DNA of 58,361 nt from Ruditapes philippinarum (lineage: Eukaryota), in assembly GCF_026571515.1 (NCBI RefSeq), contig NW_026859270.1, positions 62,001 through 120,361 on the forward strand. Direction: 5' to 3'. The notes beneath the pieces are model-generated. The model did no database searches. It had not been told where the DNA came from and saw only the letters and a program-made list of their open reading frames with translations. Shown here in pieces: positions 37,901-52,559 of this stretch; position 1 is the first letter of the stretch, and every line of letters begins with the position of its first letter. A program made the position numbers and the translations under genes.

Positions 37901-40145
37901 TATAGCTTGTATTTATAAAGCTCAATTCATAATGAATAATGATGCTACAGAAATATTTATTAATAATCGCAATATATCTTACGAATCAAATATATATGGA
38001 TTTAATAAAGAGCCAGAACGTGAGACATACATTGTGAATGTATGAAATTTATGAGAGTACAGAAAGCAAATTGCAACACTGTACTGGCGTTCATTTAGTT
38101 AAGTGAAAGGTCAACCTTACATTGGTCCATTGTTTAATGTAATTTCGAATTAGGAATGTTGTTATACTGGTCAGTTCTAATGCTGCAATGACACTCATTG
38201 TTTTCTTCATTTGGTATATCTTGCGACGCTTCATTGTTCAATAGTTAAGCAAAGTGTTGTGTGTCGCATTTTACACCCGACAAACGTTAAACCCTTTGCA
38301 TTTGAAATGCAAAGTGGATGCTGTAAGCATTCGTTCAATCCAACCTTAACATTTCATTTAAAAGAATCAAGCGTGCTCAAACAGAAAATATAGCTATCAA
38401 ATCATATATTGAACAAAGGATATGAGCTATTTCGAAATGCTACCGCAAAGTCATACATTGGAAGTCAATTTGTTGTAGCTCGAATACCCCGTTAACATAA
38501 ATAAGTCTATAAGTTTATACATAATGTTATACATTTAGTTAGAGAGGAATGTGGTTAGTTTAATTATAACAAACGAGATTTAAGATACACACAATAAATG
38601 AAGTATATCATTTTCATTGGTGTAAAAAATGAAGTATACAATTTTAATTGATATAAAAATGAAGTACACCAATTTAATTGATATGAAAATGAAGTATACT
38701 ATTTTAACTGATACAAAAATGAAGTACACTATTTTAATTGATAAAAACATGAAGAATACCAGTTTTATTGATAAACACATGCCAAGTTGAGTCAGTATTA
38801 TGTGTGGCTTTTAAAAGGTCAACATTGTAATTTAAACACACATTTTATGATTCATAGAATAGCAGAAAGAACTTAATCTTACCAATTCTAAAAAACGCGC
38901 ATATATCAGTTAACAAACTAGAAAAAATAAATGATATCAAAATTTTCAAAATATACCCGTATATAGTGATATACTTGATTTATGTTTGTCGCGCACAGTA
39001 AAAACTGATGACAAACCATAAACCTATTCCATTCTGATTTGAACTTTTATGAATTGTACTTGTTTGTATTGCAAAACCAACAATTTTTTTCCAATATTTA
39101 CACTTGGCTATCGGATTGAGTGTTTTCGAATTACAGCGAATGTGACATTTACGACGATAATGTAATCTCAACACAATCAAATAATGCTCACATTTCTGTA
39201 ATCCTTGTTGTAGATAATTTACAACAATAAACGAAGAGTTTCCACTGAATAAAATTTCTAGGATCATAAGTCCATTGGAGTTCTTGTTTCCAACAAATAC
39301 ATTAGTTGTCTTGATAAAATTTTGATTCTGATGACACGTAAAGTAAAACATAACTGTAAAAGGTTACCATCCGAACGTATGTCCGATTAAAACTCACAAT
39401 TAAGTGTATCATTGTTTTAAGTGTTATGTGAGGGAAATACATTTAAAAAATGTATTTAAAAGTAAAAGATAGAATGAAGTGAACGAATCAAGTTATTTAC
39501 ACATTGCAAATGGCACTTACAACCACTTATATTATCACAATTTGAAAAATAGCCCTTGCTGCGTGTGTTACACTGTAGAAAAATGTTGATAAATACTGCA
39601 AAATGAGCCATAATTCGCAAATAACATGTAAATTATCTCTTCAATATTGAATCTTTTTACTTTTTTGATTTTCTTGAATTATTTTACCTTATCCTAAGGC
39701 ATGGAGCTTTGAAAGGTCGTTGCAGTTTTAATTGTAAATAGTATCATTTTTATGTACTGGCCAATTACTTCTAAATACCATATGTTCGAATTTGTTGATT
39801 TTAAAAAAAAATTAGGCTAAAGACTCCCATGCCTAAAAAGTCCCGGTCAAACAATTATTACGTTGTAGATAACTGTTTAAACTGATATCGGCCACTCTTC
39901 TGAAGTTTGAACCTACGAACCCAGTTTCAATGCAGTTGATAATAATTCTAGCTTATTTGAATACTCTTCAAATCTAGGGGGGGGGGGTTTATACCTTAGT
40001 TCAATACAAAGGACACAATGTGATCTGAACCTCGCAGCTCATTGACTCTTTGACAGATATATCTATGAGATAATAGTATTGTCGTGAATTTCAAATTCAT
40101 TTTTATTTACAATTTTTGTCTTATTTTCTTGTCTTAGTACTTTTC

Positions 40146-40272
40146 TTGTTTGGGTTTTACGTCACACTTACATAGCATAGGTAATATAGCGATTTTAAAG
40201 CTAGTGGTAGAGTGAGACCTCAGGTGCCCTACCGTGCATTATTTCAGACAAGAACAGGTACCTGAGTACGTA
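40146..40272 (-). mobile_element. Older, diverged fragment of the same SINE family
   Basis: gggttttacgtcacac..gacctcaggtgccctaccgtgcattatttcag is the reverse complement of the 48976 SINE 3' half. A shorter remnant lies at the equivalent position 1798-1828. Confidence 0.75.
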
Positions 40273-40778
40273 GAGCAACCAAGAGTCAAGTTGTTTGAAA
40301 CAACTCAGAGGTTTCGACAGTGACAATCTTGAATAAAATGTCGGAGGTATAGATTTTACCTTGATCATAGTATTCATTTAATTTTTCACTTCGCTTTATC
40401 GTAAGTTATTTATTAGCACGATGAACTGTTCAATTATAGTTCACAATTAAGTGCAATTTATTCACTTTGGGCATATAATATAGCATATGCCAATAAGATT
40501 GATAAACTTAAAAACATTTCCGATAAACTTTTGAGTTCACGGTATTTTGAGCAAATGCATAATCATGCTTGTATACATGTAGTATATTAAGTTAAATTGG
40601 CCTTTTATATAGCTTTAACTAATTTAAAGATTTGGGATAAGTTTAACATTAGGAAGGAAAGGCACATTGTTTATCAGAAACAATCAATACCACAACTTAA
40701 AACTGATCTATCATTTTCTTTTCATTTATCTTTTCAATTTACATTTTATTTTCCAGTAAAACTAGGATTTGTAGAATC

Positions 40779-42838
40779 CTAAAACAGAAGAAATCCTGAG
40801 AATATACTTCGGGCCCCGCCAATGAAGGATTTATCTGAATCAACATTTTGGATCGTAACGACATCCCCTTTTCGCAGATGAAGAACAATGGTTTGGCTTA
40901 TCGTATCCTGACCCGATTGATACGCGTTGCTGACGTACATCTGTGTGACGGGCTGACCATTCCATATAAACTGCACATATGCATTTGTATTATAGAAAGA
41001 AAGAAGTGTTGCGGAGAACACATATGTTCCTGAGACTGGAGCTACAAATGCTCCTGAATTATTGTTGTAACCATTTCCTATATTGGTGACCACAGTTTCG
41101 AAGATGAAATTCTGGTGGACCCCAGCATTTTCCAGATTTTTGTCCATTTTTGCGAAAAAGGCCACGGGAGTTCCATTTCCAAATCTCCTAATTCTGTTTT
41201 TGTTTGCATCTTAAAATAAAATGAACACAGATATTTTTTATATACAAAACAAAACTAACAGCAACAACTACAAAAAGAAAAAAAAAACACGAAAATACAC
41301 GCAAATGATAAATAACAAACAGCAAAAAAACGCCCCAAAGAACAAAAACAAATAAAAAAAAGAACAACCAAAAACAAAAGAAAATAATCAACATCAAGAA
41401 CACAAAATAACACTTTACAGTAGATCTATATGGTAATTTATGAACACCGAAGAAACCCAAAACAGTTTGAGAAATACATTATTTTATTCGAAAATTCGGA
41501 CATGACGTGACTTGATATTATTGTCCGAGATTTTTTCTTCTTCAAATAAGTGTTGAACAATAAATTGTGTGCAAAATCTATTATCAGGCTATGATGAGTC
41601 ATGACTTAAAAATTTGATTTTGAATTTTATTCTGGTCATATCATTTTCTTATCTTTTCGCAAAAATGTTCCGTTTTTAGTGTCATATTTGATATATGTCA
41701 GAATTTAAAATTGTTGTTGACCTCAGTTTTGCTACTTTGATAATCTATTTTAAATTAGACAAAATTTCATTATAAAGGTATTTCATTGATGTAACAAGTT
41801 AATATCTGACCTGGCTTGATGTTGGTGTGGCTCGGCTGTCTCTTGATTTCTGGTAAACTTTCATCTTCAACAAATCCTATCTTTAGTTTTCTGTCTGTTA
41901 ATCTTCTGTTAAGTTTTCCAAGGTGACTGTTATGTTGTCGCTGCAAGTGTAACTGTTTCTTCAAGTCGACAATCTGCTCTCTATGGATTTGGTCCTGAGC
42001 TTTTAGGCTTGCCACTTCATTGAAAAGATTTTGAACGAGCTTTTCTGTAGCTTCTAGTCGTTTTAGAATGGTGGACTCTGTTTCTAAAAAAGGAAAAAAT
42101 GTTTTAATTTTTTAATGAAATGTTTGGAAATGTTCTTGCATGTAAAGTATTTAAAGCTTTTATATTATAGGTCTAATATTCGATATATTGTACAAATATC
42201 AGATTCCACTGAGAGAGATAAAACGGGATATTCATGTTATCATGTATCATGTACCGAACTTAAAAGGAGATAACCGATACGGATAACGTAACTAAAATCC
42301 GACAACCGTGTATAATATGTGTGAGTACCGTTTGGTTATTTCAGCTGACCAAAACATTATGTTACCATTTTTACAACGTCTGACGTCATATAATACTTTA
42401 ATTTTAATACATGTATATATTTCAGGTGAGTTTTAATAAAACAATAGATATGGACTGGAATTTTATGAAGCGTACCTAGGCATAAACCAGCTTTGAAACA
42501 TTTCTTGGACAAGTTACGCCAGAAAATATATATAAAAAAAGAATCAAAAGACTTGCATATATTTTGTGAAAGATATTAAATCATGATCATTATGTAAATT
42601 CCTATCTCAATTAGGGGAGAAAGATGCTTGTTGTTAGGAATGAAGTTTAACGGAGACTGTTATGAATGTGTCAGGCCTAAGTAAAAAACATATTTTTTTT
42701 TTATAAAATATCTATTTCTTAAATAGATCAATTGTAGATAAGATCAAAAAAGTATTTCCTCAATCATTACTTACCAGAATCAGCTAATGCCATTCCAGAC
42801 ACAGTCACACAAATTAAAGTTAAAATTTGATACATCAT
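40779..42838 (-). CDS. C1qDC type A copy, C-terminal tail removed by premature TAG (~255 aa; C1q fold complete)
   Basis: Exons 42838-42775, 42083-41811, 41209-40779. A Glu codon became TAG right after FSGFLLF; the ancestral tail and TAA are still visible down to 40746. Confidence 0.85.
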
Positions 42839-44104
42839 TGAAACTCGAAACAAAGCACCTACTTTTAACATCCAGGTTAAAAGTGAAACGGAATGAGGTT
42901 CTATTTATACATGTATACGATAACGAATACGTCACGATTCTTTCACGGAGTTAATGACCTATATTTGTGATTGACCCACAAAAAAGTTTATCAAACTATG
43001 CGAAATGCCAACTTCTAAGACTTATATATTATCAAATAATTCGTTTTCATAAGTAAATTTGAAGTATAGATTAGACTGGATGTCAATTGGGATCAAATGA
43101 TTATTGAACACCTTGTTGGTACTAAAATTGTCTACATTACCCATCTAATGTACCTAAATGGTTAGCTCCATAACATAATTAAAATGTGTTATTTGTTAAC
43201 ATATAAATGTTCATAATAAATCCCTTAAAACTTTGTCATTTTTTTTCAAGAAATATTGTGAAGGATTTTTCAAATGATACATTTCTATTCTCTTTTATCA
43301 AAATTTGAAATACTTTAAGAAAACTATCTGGTATAAATGTATCATCTTTTACAAGTACGAGTATGAAGTTGCACTGTAAAAGGTCGTTGAAGTTTTAATT
43401 GTAAATCGTATCATAGTTGTTTACTGGCAAATTACCTCTTAACATCACATGTTCGAATGTGTTGATTATTTATTATTTCAGCTGTAACGATGTTTTTTTT
43501 TTCTTCGGTAGACTTTTATCCCTAAAAATTAAGCAATAATTACTTGTATGTTGTAGACAACGGTTAAAATGCATTTTCATTTTTTATTTCTAAACGTATG
43601 ATACACTAATATTTTATATATAATTCTTTAACATACTGTTACCATATATATCAAGCACTATTGATATGTTTAAAGACTGATTATGCCTCAGAAAACAAAT
43701 ATTTTTAAATTCTTTAGAGATGTCAAATTTGTTCAATAATGCCTTAATAATGGATTTAGAGCATTTAAGAGGTTAAACAACTGAAGAGAGTAGCACTGAA
43801 CATTTAGTTATGTGTCGTAAAGGTTGCAGACAAAAAAGAAAAAATGATAAATGATAGTATTTCTAAGGCTTTATGAGATTTAAAGTTTAATCAAATCTTT
43901 TTGCTCAACTCAAAACTCTTTAACTTTAAAAATAACTTCTGTTTTCGAGGAAATCACTTTTAACAGCTGACATATAAACTATGTCTGTAACAACATCAAT
44001 GCGATATTATTATAATTTTGTAATAATATTGCATGAAAAACTTAAAGAAAACAAATAATAAAACTGATCTCAGAATTATTTATTCTTTCTTGAATCTTTA
44101 CATT

Positions 44105-45627
44105 TCATTTCATTTTCCAACGACACTTGGACTTGGAGAAATCCTCAAACAAAAGAAACCCAGAGAAAGTACCTTGACCTGTGCCATAGAACGACTTGTC
44201 AAGTTCTTTATTTTGAACGACTACGTCATCTCCTTTTTGCAGCTGAAGAACTATTGTTTGGCTTGTTGTATCATAACCGGCTTCACCTCCACTAACAAAC
44301 ATTGTTGTGATGAGTTGGCCGTTCTTTACAAACGCTACATGTGCATTTACATGGTAGAATGACAGAAGAGTTGCGGAGAATGCGTATGTTCCTGACACCG
44401 GAGCTATGAATGTTCCTACATGACTGTGATAACCATTTCCTACATTAGTGACAACAGTTTCGAAGATGATATTCTGGTGGATTCCAGCATGTTCCAGGTT
44501 TTTGTCCATTTTTGCGAAAAAAGCCACAGGAGTTTCATTTTCGGCTCTCCTTATTCTGTTTACTTGTGCATCTGTAAATTGCATCAATTCAATTTTCTTT
44601 ATACTTCAAACGATTTTTCAGAAATGTATACAATGTTCCTAAAACCTAAGTTGAAAGTTAATGTTTATCAGTAAGAAAATGCTTGCAACAATTCAAAATT
44701 TCATGTAATAAAAAAATTATCAATGGCATAAATAAACTTCATTTTCAAAATCTCAGGAATCCTATAATGTCATCAATAAAACAAGAAATGCTCTTACCAT
44801 GTTTGGTTTCAACATGATCCGGATTTCTAATGCTAACTGGCAAACTATCTTCCACGGGACCCGTCTTTAGTTTACTGGTACTTAGCCTGTTAAGTTTTCC
44901 AAGGTAACTGTTACGTTGTCGCTGCCAGTGCAACTGTTTCTTCAAGCCGACAATTTGCTCTTTATGGATTTGGTCCTGCGCTTTCAAGCTTGCCACTTCA
45001 TCGAAAAGATTTTGAACGAGTCTTTCTGTTGCTTCCAGCCTTTTTAGAATAGCGGACTCTGTTTCTAATAAGAGATAGCGAAGACACGTTTGAATTTCTT
45101 GATTATTTTTTTATTATTTTGGAACATGAATGCAGATAAAATCCCTAAAGCTAGTATTAGTTATGTCAAATATAACATATAAAGCAACGAATATGTGTGT
45201 ATATGTGAAGCGTGTCATTGTCAAATATATGCTAATCAGCTGTGTACTCGCTCAAGTTTGTATTTAAGTCTCCAAAGATTCAATCTGTGTTCATCCGACC
45301 TGGGTATGATTAGAAAGTTATGTTACTAATGCAAATTTTGTTTCATGTGAATTGAATTGAATAACAATCGTTATTCAAAGGTCTAATCAAATTGTCGAAG
45401 AAGATGTAAAGTTTTTAAGGAAGAATGTTGGTGAATCAAAATAATTATACCGACTTGAGCATATGGTTGCGAGCACAAGTAAAAGGAAGAAGATATAAAT
45501 GCTTATTCTAAAACAAATTATATAATTGATAATTTTAAAATCATATCTTCACACATTACTTACCTGACTCAGCTGTCACCATTCCAGACACAGCTAAACA
45601 TATTAGAATTAAAACTTGATGCATCAT
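44105..45627 (-). CDS. C1qDC type B copy 4, frameshifted tail (~265 aa)
   Basis: Exons 45627-45564, 45064-44798, 44571-44105. An extra base at ~44135 changes SPSVVGK* to KSKCRWKMK*. Confidence 0.85.
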
Positions 45628-45839
45628 TGGTTCTTTAAACCATATTCTTCATGTAACATCAAATAGAAATATGATAAGGAATTTTCTACATACGGCTATA
45701 GCACAAGAATGAGGACGTTATCATCATAATTTACGCAATTTATGACCTTATATTATATTAATAATTTATATTACGCAGGACTTATTTTGAAGATTGCCAC
45801 GTTAGATAATGTACTTGTACGAGACTGATTCGTCCTTAA

Positions 45840-46246
45840 AGGCCCGTTATGCCCCAGTAATACTTTTGTTTCTCGAAAGCTTATGATTATTGATGTCCTC
45901 AATTAGTTACTCATTAGCCAATAACCTGAACCTTTTTTGCTTCTGTTACCTTTTTGGCCATTACTACAGTATAGTGATTTAGTATTTTGTTACTCTCCTG
46001 CGCATCGGTCGAATGTTCCACTATCGCTCAAGTAACGTGAGTGTATTCAGTGAGCTGCGAAGGGAGCGTAGTATTTTGTATGGAAGTCAAAATACTACTT
46101 TGTTTACAATTTACTACTTAATTTGCTAATTTTTGAAATTTTATAAGCATCTAGCTAGCTCTAAACTATGATTTCAATGTTATGAAATTTATATTTGCCT
46201 TTTCTATAAAGGAAAAAATTATTCATTTCTGAGGCATATTGTGCCT
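45840..46246. mobile_element. MITE with TTAA TSD and imperfect TIRs (Kolobok-like) upstream of type B genes
   Basis: ttaa-aggcccgttatgccccag ... ctgaggcatattgtgcct-ttaa. Copies at ~13914-14262 and ~35152-35506; absent upstream of B copy 1 (~6905). Confidence 0.65.
45991..46070. mobile_element. 80-bp GC-rich mini-insertion with imperfect TIRs and 9-bp TSD, nested in the MITE
   Basis: TSD gtattttgt at 45982-45990 and 46071-46079; termini tactctcctgcgca / tgcgaagggagcgta; absent at ~14065 and ~35310. Confidence 0.75.
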
Positions 46247-46699
46247 TTAAATGTGTTATCGCTCTGAGTAAAAAATTGACAGACACTTGAATGTAGCAAT
46301 TCATCTTAAAAAGTAAAACTTGATGAAATACCGATTTAAGTTGATGAATATATATTCTTAAAATCTGAATATATACTAGATAAAAAATAAAATAAATAAT
46401 AATAAACTAAATAACACAATCTCTAATGCTTTTTGTTTGCTGTGATATAAAAATCTCCAATGTCACAATCATTTTCTTCAAAAGATAATAAAAGAAACCA
46501 GAAGAATCACAAAAAAATAAAGTACGAGTATAGCTAAAAAAAAATACTGTTGAGTATCTGTCAATGTACGCTGTCATTGCTTTGCGTTCAATACTTACTA
46601 GTCAAAATTAGTCTTCGTGCATGAGTACTCATAGATAACTTAACCCCGTGTGAAAATGCGACTCTAAAATGATAAACAATAGTCCCACATTTATAAATG

Positions 46700-46724
46700 T
46701 ATATATATATATATATATATATAT
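46700..46724. repeat. (TA)n microsatellite
   Basis: Direct reading. Confidence 0.9.
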
Positions 46725-48975
46725 AAGTGTATCAGTGGAATAACTTTCGGTATATTCGACTTAAGATCAAATGGTATTAAACAATTTTAATGCATCTACG
46801 TTGTCTAAATTGCAGTGTTATTTTAAATGTTTGAACCCATATCCTATGAGTGTTAAATTGTAGCTTTATCTCAAGAGATAATGCTCCAGATGAGGTGTCT
46901 TTAAAATTAAACCACATTGATTAAAGGTCTATCTTTAAAAGTTTCAGAATGATGAAAATCTAAAACATTCATTGAATATTTTTAAATATAATTAAATGTA
47001 AATTTGCAGATTTGTAGAAAGAAAATGATGATCATATTTTAATGAATTTATGTTTTCTGCCAATCATCAATATAATCAATCATTCTTTGACTTGTTTATT
47101 GTGAAAATAACAGCAATAATGATAAGCTACATAATATATAAAAGTTCAGCTTTATCTTATGTGCAGTTTGAATTTGATACTGATATGAATAGGTATTTGT
47201 CAATAAACTATTACAAATATGGATCCGAATCCATTAGAAATTAGTAAGATGCTTGGAGGATCGATAATTCTAGCCATATACCCTCTATTGTCTCATAGAA
47301 AGGAAAACTTTAGCATGTCGAAGTTGAAGGTACTTGAGTAGAAACTTCGTCACATCGAAACTTCGACTTACGAATATACATGCATACTGTTATAAGTTAA
47401 GCAGTGTAACGTTATAATTTATCCTAATAAATTAAACGACTCTAAGCTTAATTTTGAAGATAATTATAGTCGCATCGTAGTATCCTGAACATATCATCTG
47501 CGATGAAAAAAATAATAAGATTGGAGATTTTCGTGATGAATGAAGGAACTAACTAAGGTTAAAGAGAGTGAAACATTGCTGGACGATTTGTTTTTCTTTC
47601 TTCATTTAGTTTATTGAGATCCACAAATTTGTTCTTTAAATTTCAAATCAGGAACATCATTATTCTGGTCAGTTATAATGTTTTATTGATAACCGTGCTT
47701 TCCTCTATCAGAATCTTTATCTCTAAAACGGACAAAATAGTTTCTAAGTACTAGCATACTTCTTATGTATATGTTATTCGTTAATTTCTTGACTTTTTGA
47801 AAATAATTGAACCGCATACATTGATTAACTGTCAAATGCGTCTTTAAAAATAAGTTTACAGCGCATATTGATTTTTGCCTTAACCGATTAGAAACAAATG
47901 TCTTAATTTGTACCCAGACAAAACATTTGCATTTATATAGCTTGTATTTATAAAGCTCAATTCATAATGATGGAACAGAAATATTTATTAATAATCACAA
48001 TATAAAGAGCCAGAACGTGAGACATACATTGTGAATGTATGAAATATATGAGAGTACAGAAAGCAAATTGCAACATTGATGTACCGGCGTTCATTTAGTT
48101 AAGTGAAAGGTCAACCTTACATTAGTCCATTGTTTTATGAAATTTCGAATCAGGAATATTGTTATTCTGGTCAGTTCTAATGCTGCAATGTTTTCTTCGT
48201 TTGGTATTTCTTGTGACGTTTGATTGTTCAATAGTTAAGTAAAGTGTTGTGTCGTATTTTACACTCGACAAGCGTTAAACCTTTTGCAAATTTCAAATAC
48301 AGAGAAAGGTGCATGTTGTAAGCATTCGTTCAATCTAACCTGACCATTTCGTTTTAAAGAACCAAGCGTGCTACAACAGAAAATATAGCTTAAGCATCAG
48401 TGAACTTTGAAATAGCAAATCATAAATGGAACAAATAATATGGGCTATTTTGAAATGCTGCCGCCAAGCCATACACTGGAAGTCAATTTGTAATAGTTCG
48501 AATACCCCGTTGACATAAATAAGTCTGCAAGGGTCTTGATATTTATACATAATGTTATACATTAAGTTTGAGAATAACGTGGTACATTGGTGGCATGCCA
48601 TTAATAGGTGATGTTAAATAATTATAACAAACGGGATTTAAGATACACATAAAAATGAAATATACCATTTTTATTGATATAAAAAATGGAATATACCATT
48701 TTATTGATATAAGAATGAAGTATACTATTTCTATTAATATGAAAATGAAGAATATAATTTTCATTGATATTAAAAAATGATATATACCATTTTTAATGAT
48801 ATAAGAATGATGTATACTTTTTCTATTGATATAAAAATGAAGTATGTCATTTCGTTGTTAAAAAATGAAATATACGTTTTTTTTATTGATATAAACATGA
48901 GGAATACTATTTTAATTGATAAACGCATCCTCAGGCTAGTCAGTATTATATATGACTTGGCCTTCAAAAGGTCAA

Positions 48976-49216
48976 TTCAAACCACTTGCCCCTCACCGCT
49001 ATGGGTTCGAATCCTGACAGGGACTTTGGATTTTTTCATGTGAGGAAGCTATCCAGCTAGCTTACGGAACGTCGATGGTTCTACTCAGGTGCCCGTTCGT
49101 GCCTGAAATAATGCACGGAAGTGCACCTGAGGTCTTCCTCCATCAGTAAAGCTGGAACGTCGCGATATGACCTATACTGTGTCGATGTGACGTAAAACCC
49201 AAAACAAACAAACAAC
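48976..49216 (+). mobile_element. 5'-truncated tRNA-derived SINE with 11-bp TSD
   Basis: B-box gggttcgaatcc, (AAAC)n tail, TSD caaaaggtcaa at 48965-48975 and 49217-49227; empty site in paralogue at ~38812-38830. Confidence 0.9.
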
Positions 49217-52200
49217 CAAAAGGTCAACATTGTAATTTAAACAAACATTTCAATTCATGATTCATAGAATAGCAGAAAGAACTTAATCTTACCAATTCTA
49301 AAAAAACGCGCATATATCAGTTAACAAACTTGAAAAAATAAATGATATCAGAATTTTCAAAATATACCCGTATATAGCGATATACTTGATATATATATAC
49401 ATGTCTCACACATATTTAAGTTAAAACTGATTGCAAACCATGATAAATATATTTTTTTCTTATTTGAACTGTCATGAATTGTACATGTCTGTTGTATTGC
49501 AAAACAATTTCTTTCCAATATTTACACTTGGCTATCAGATTGAGTGTTTTCAAATTACAGAGAATGTGACATTTACGATGAAAATGTAATCTCAACACAA
49601 TCAAATAATGCTCACAATTCTGTAAGCCTTGCTGTAGATAATTTACAACAATGAACGAAGAGTTTCAACTTAATGAAATTTCTAGGATCGTAAGTCCATT
49701 GGGAGTTCTTGTTTCCAACAAATACATTAGTTGTCTTGATGAAATATTGATTCTGATGACATGTAAGACATATATCATATGTATAAGGTTACCATCAGAA
49801 CTTATGGTTCAATTAATACCGCAAATAAATAAATAAAAAAACATCATGTACTTTACATTAATTTTATTATATGTCTACGGCTGCTGTAATTATACATAAC
49901 TTGCATTTTTAAGAAAACAATATTTCTTAACCTTTACTATGATAATAGAATTTTTGTCATTAATCTCCTGCCATTTCATTTTTAACAATCTCCTAAATAT
50001 ATTTATTTGAGATATCATGCAATAATTATACTAGCTATGCCTGTTTTTAAACATAAATTAGATTATTTGTTTCATTTGATACAACTAAAAATTCAAAGAT
50101 AAAGATTTATAGTCATATAAATGCATATATACATGTCCGTTTCAAGTCCTTAAATACGATACTTTACTCAATTTATTTTGTACGTTTATTTTCTGTAAAA
50201 AGCGTCCGATGTTATGTCATAAAATCTTTAAAACTAATTATCTTTTTGACTGCGTTTAATCAAATATATAATTTTATAAATTCTTTATATATTTGATGTT
50301 TTGTAACTCCTCGTCTAATTCTAAATATGAATATTGTAATTGTTTATCACATATGGTTCAGGTTCTCGTATAACGCTGACAAATAAAACAAATAAACATT
50401 AAGGGCCTTATTTTGAATTTAGACGTAAAATCAAAACCAAGAATTCGACGTTGAAGCAAGTTGGATATGTCAATCGAGCAATGCAGTGGTTCGAGTTGTT
50501 ATTTAGCTGAGTCTTCTTCGGACCTCCACAAGTGGTATTGGTAAAACTCATGTTCTCTGTTCTATTTCATAAACTCGTCAGTTGCCTTTTTATTATACAT
50601 AAGGTAAAAGATTAGGATAAAAGCGTCAAAATAACATCCTTAAAAATAATTGAAAAAAAACTTGATTAGAAATAAGCTATTTATGCTAAATCAAAACTTC
50701 ATCAGTTGAAATAAATCATTGAAGAAAAGAGCAATGCACAAAATGCCCTCTTCTGTCTTTCATTTGGCCGGCGATTAACCAAAAACTATAAAAATATTTA
50801 TTTAAAGATATTATCTTGAATTTCATAAGTAGATATATGTTATGAGAACAAGACGTCAATTTAAAAATTGATTCAGCATCATTGCCTCATGCTTTTGAAA
50901 AAAAGTCTCAAATACATCTTCGTGTTCTTACATATTTTATACATATTTGTAAATGAAAAATTGAGCATTTCAAATAACAATTAAAGTGACATTTTCTGCA
51001 ATACTATAACCTCTTTCCAATCAGATATTACTCATAGTACTGTTAACCTTGTTGTAGATAACGTACGACAATAAATGGAGAGCATTTCACGTAATGGAAT
51101 TTCCAGAATTATAAGTCTATAGGGATTCCTTGTTTTCAACAAACACATTTGTTATCTTGATGAAATATTGATTTTGATTACATATAAGACATATATGAAT
51201 AAGGTTAACGGCCATATAAGTCTAAGTGAAACATTGATTGTGAGCTCCGTGGCTTAAAACGTTAAGAAAGTAATATTATTCTAATTAAAATATGATGAAA
51301 GATGATTCACTCAAGATTTTTCTGAACTTGTTTCCGCGTTTATTTTCGTTTTTATTTTCACAGATAGCTAAAATGTCAATGTTATCTGACCAGAAGAACA
51401 ATGTTACTGATTCAAAATTGAAAATTCTGCAATCCAACTTTCAAAATATTGGACAATATAAGGCGTCATGATAATTAAAAACATAATATTTACTTTACTC
51501 AAGAAACATCAAGTATAAACCAATATTTCATCAGGTAGATCTGTTTTATAAAATAAGATTAAGTTTCTATGTTGGTTTCATATCAAGACTTTTCCACAGA
51601 TTTTTTTCGGAGAAAACCGCAGTGAACGTCTTTTATTTATTTTATCTTTTGCTTTATTTTGTTACTTCTTATAAAACATGAAAAAAAGCATGATTCTTTA
51701 ACATAGGTTATTTCAAATCAAGACAGACTCACAAAATATCTCTTTAACCGCTTGTCCAGTAAAGGTATTTACAATAGGTGGATACCCCCTGCTCTGAATC
51801 CTGAGCAGAAACATGCAAAATGAATGTTGCTAAAAGGTTACCGAAAATAAACCAAAATGACAATGATCTGTTTCTTAACACGGAAGTTTCAATAGATGAG
51901 ATTTTGATATGACCCCGAACTGAAACGACAAAATGGAACACATGGGCCTTATTATAATTAGACGAAAAAAAGATATTTGAATATAAAGGTGATCATCGCC
52001 AATAAAAATAAAAACTTACTATTCAATTAATATCGCATGACAACACCGCATTAAAAAACCTGGATGAGTTTGTCACATTTGACGTAACATAACATGGAAA
52101 GTTTGCCATACCCTCTCTGAAATTGAGTCAAATCCATCATATTTTGATTTATTTCCTAAAAAACAACTGCTAGAAGCGCGTTAGGAGGGCCTACAGCCTC

Positions 52201-52559
52201 GTAGTAGTGTAACCACTGAAATATCACGTATATAAAATTTTGGTTCCCTTGTTATGCAAGATGGAACACTTTTACACATATGTTCATAAACCATTGAAAA
52301 TGGTGGTTCTTAAATTAAGTATTAGAGATACTCCGTCAGTTGCAGTAAACAAATATTGCAAATGTGCATATCTGCATATATTTATAAAGTGTGTGTTGAA
52401 TAAATATTTAAAGACGGAAAGATAACATATAAATTTCATGCATATTTTCTCTTGGTCTACATACAATTTTTTTGGAGTATTTAGCATCATTTTAATAGAG
52501 TGTGGATAAAAGGATAAGGCACTTTATTACTTGCTTACATATATATTGTATTCATTATA

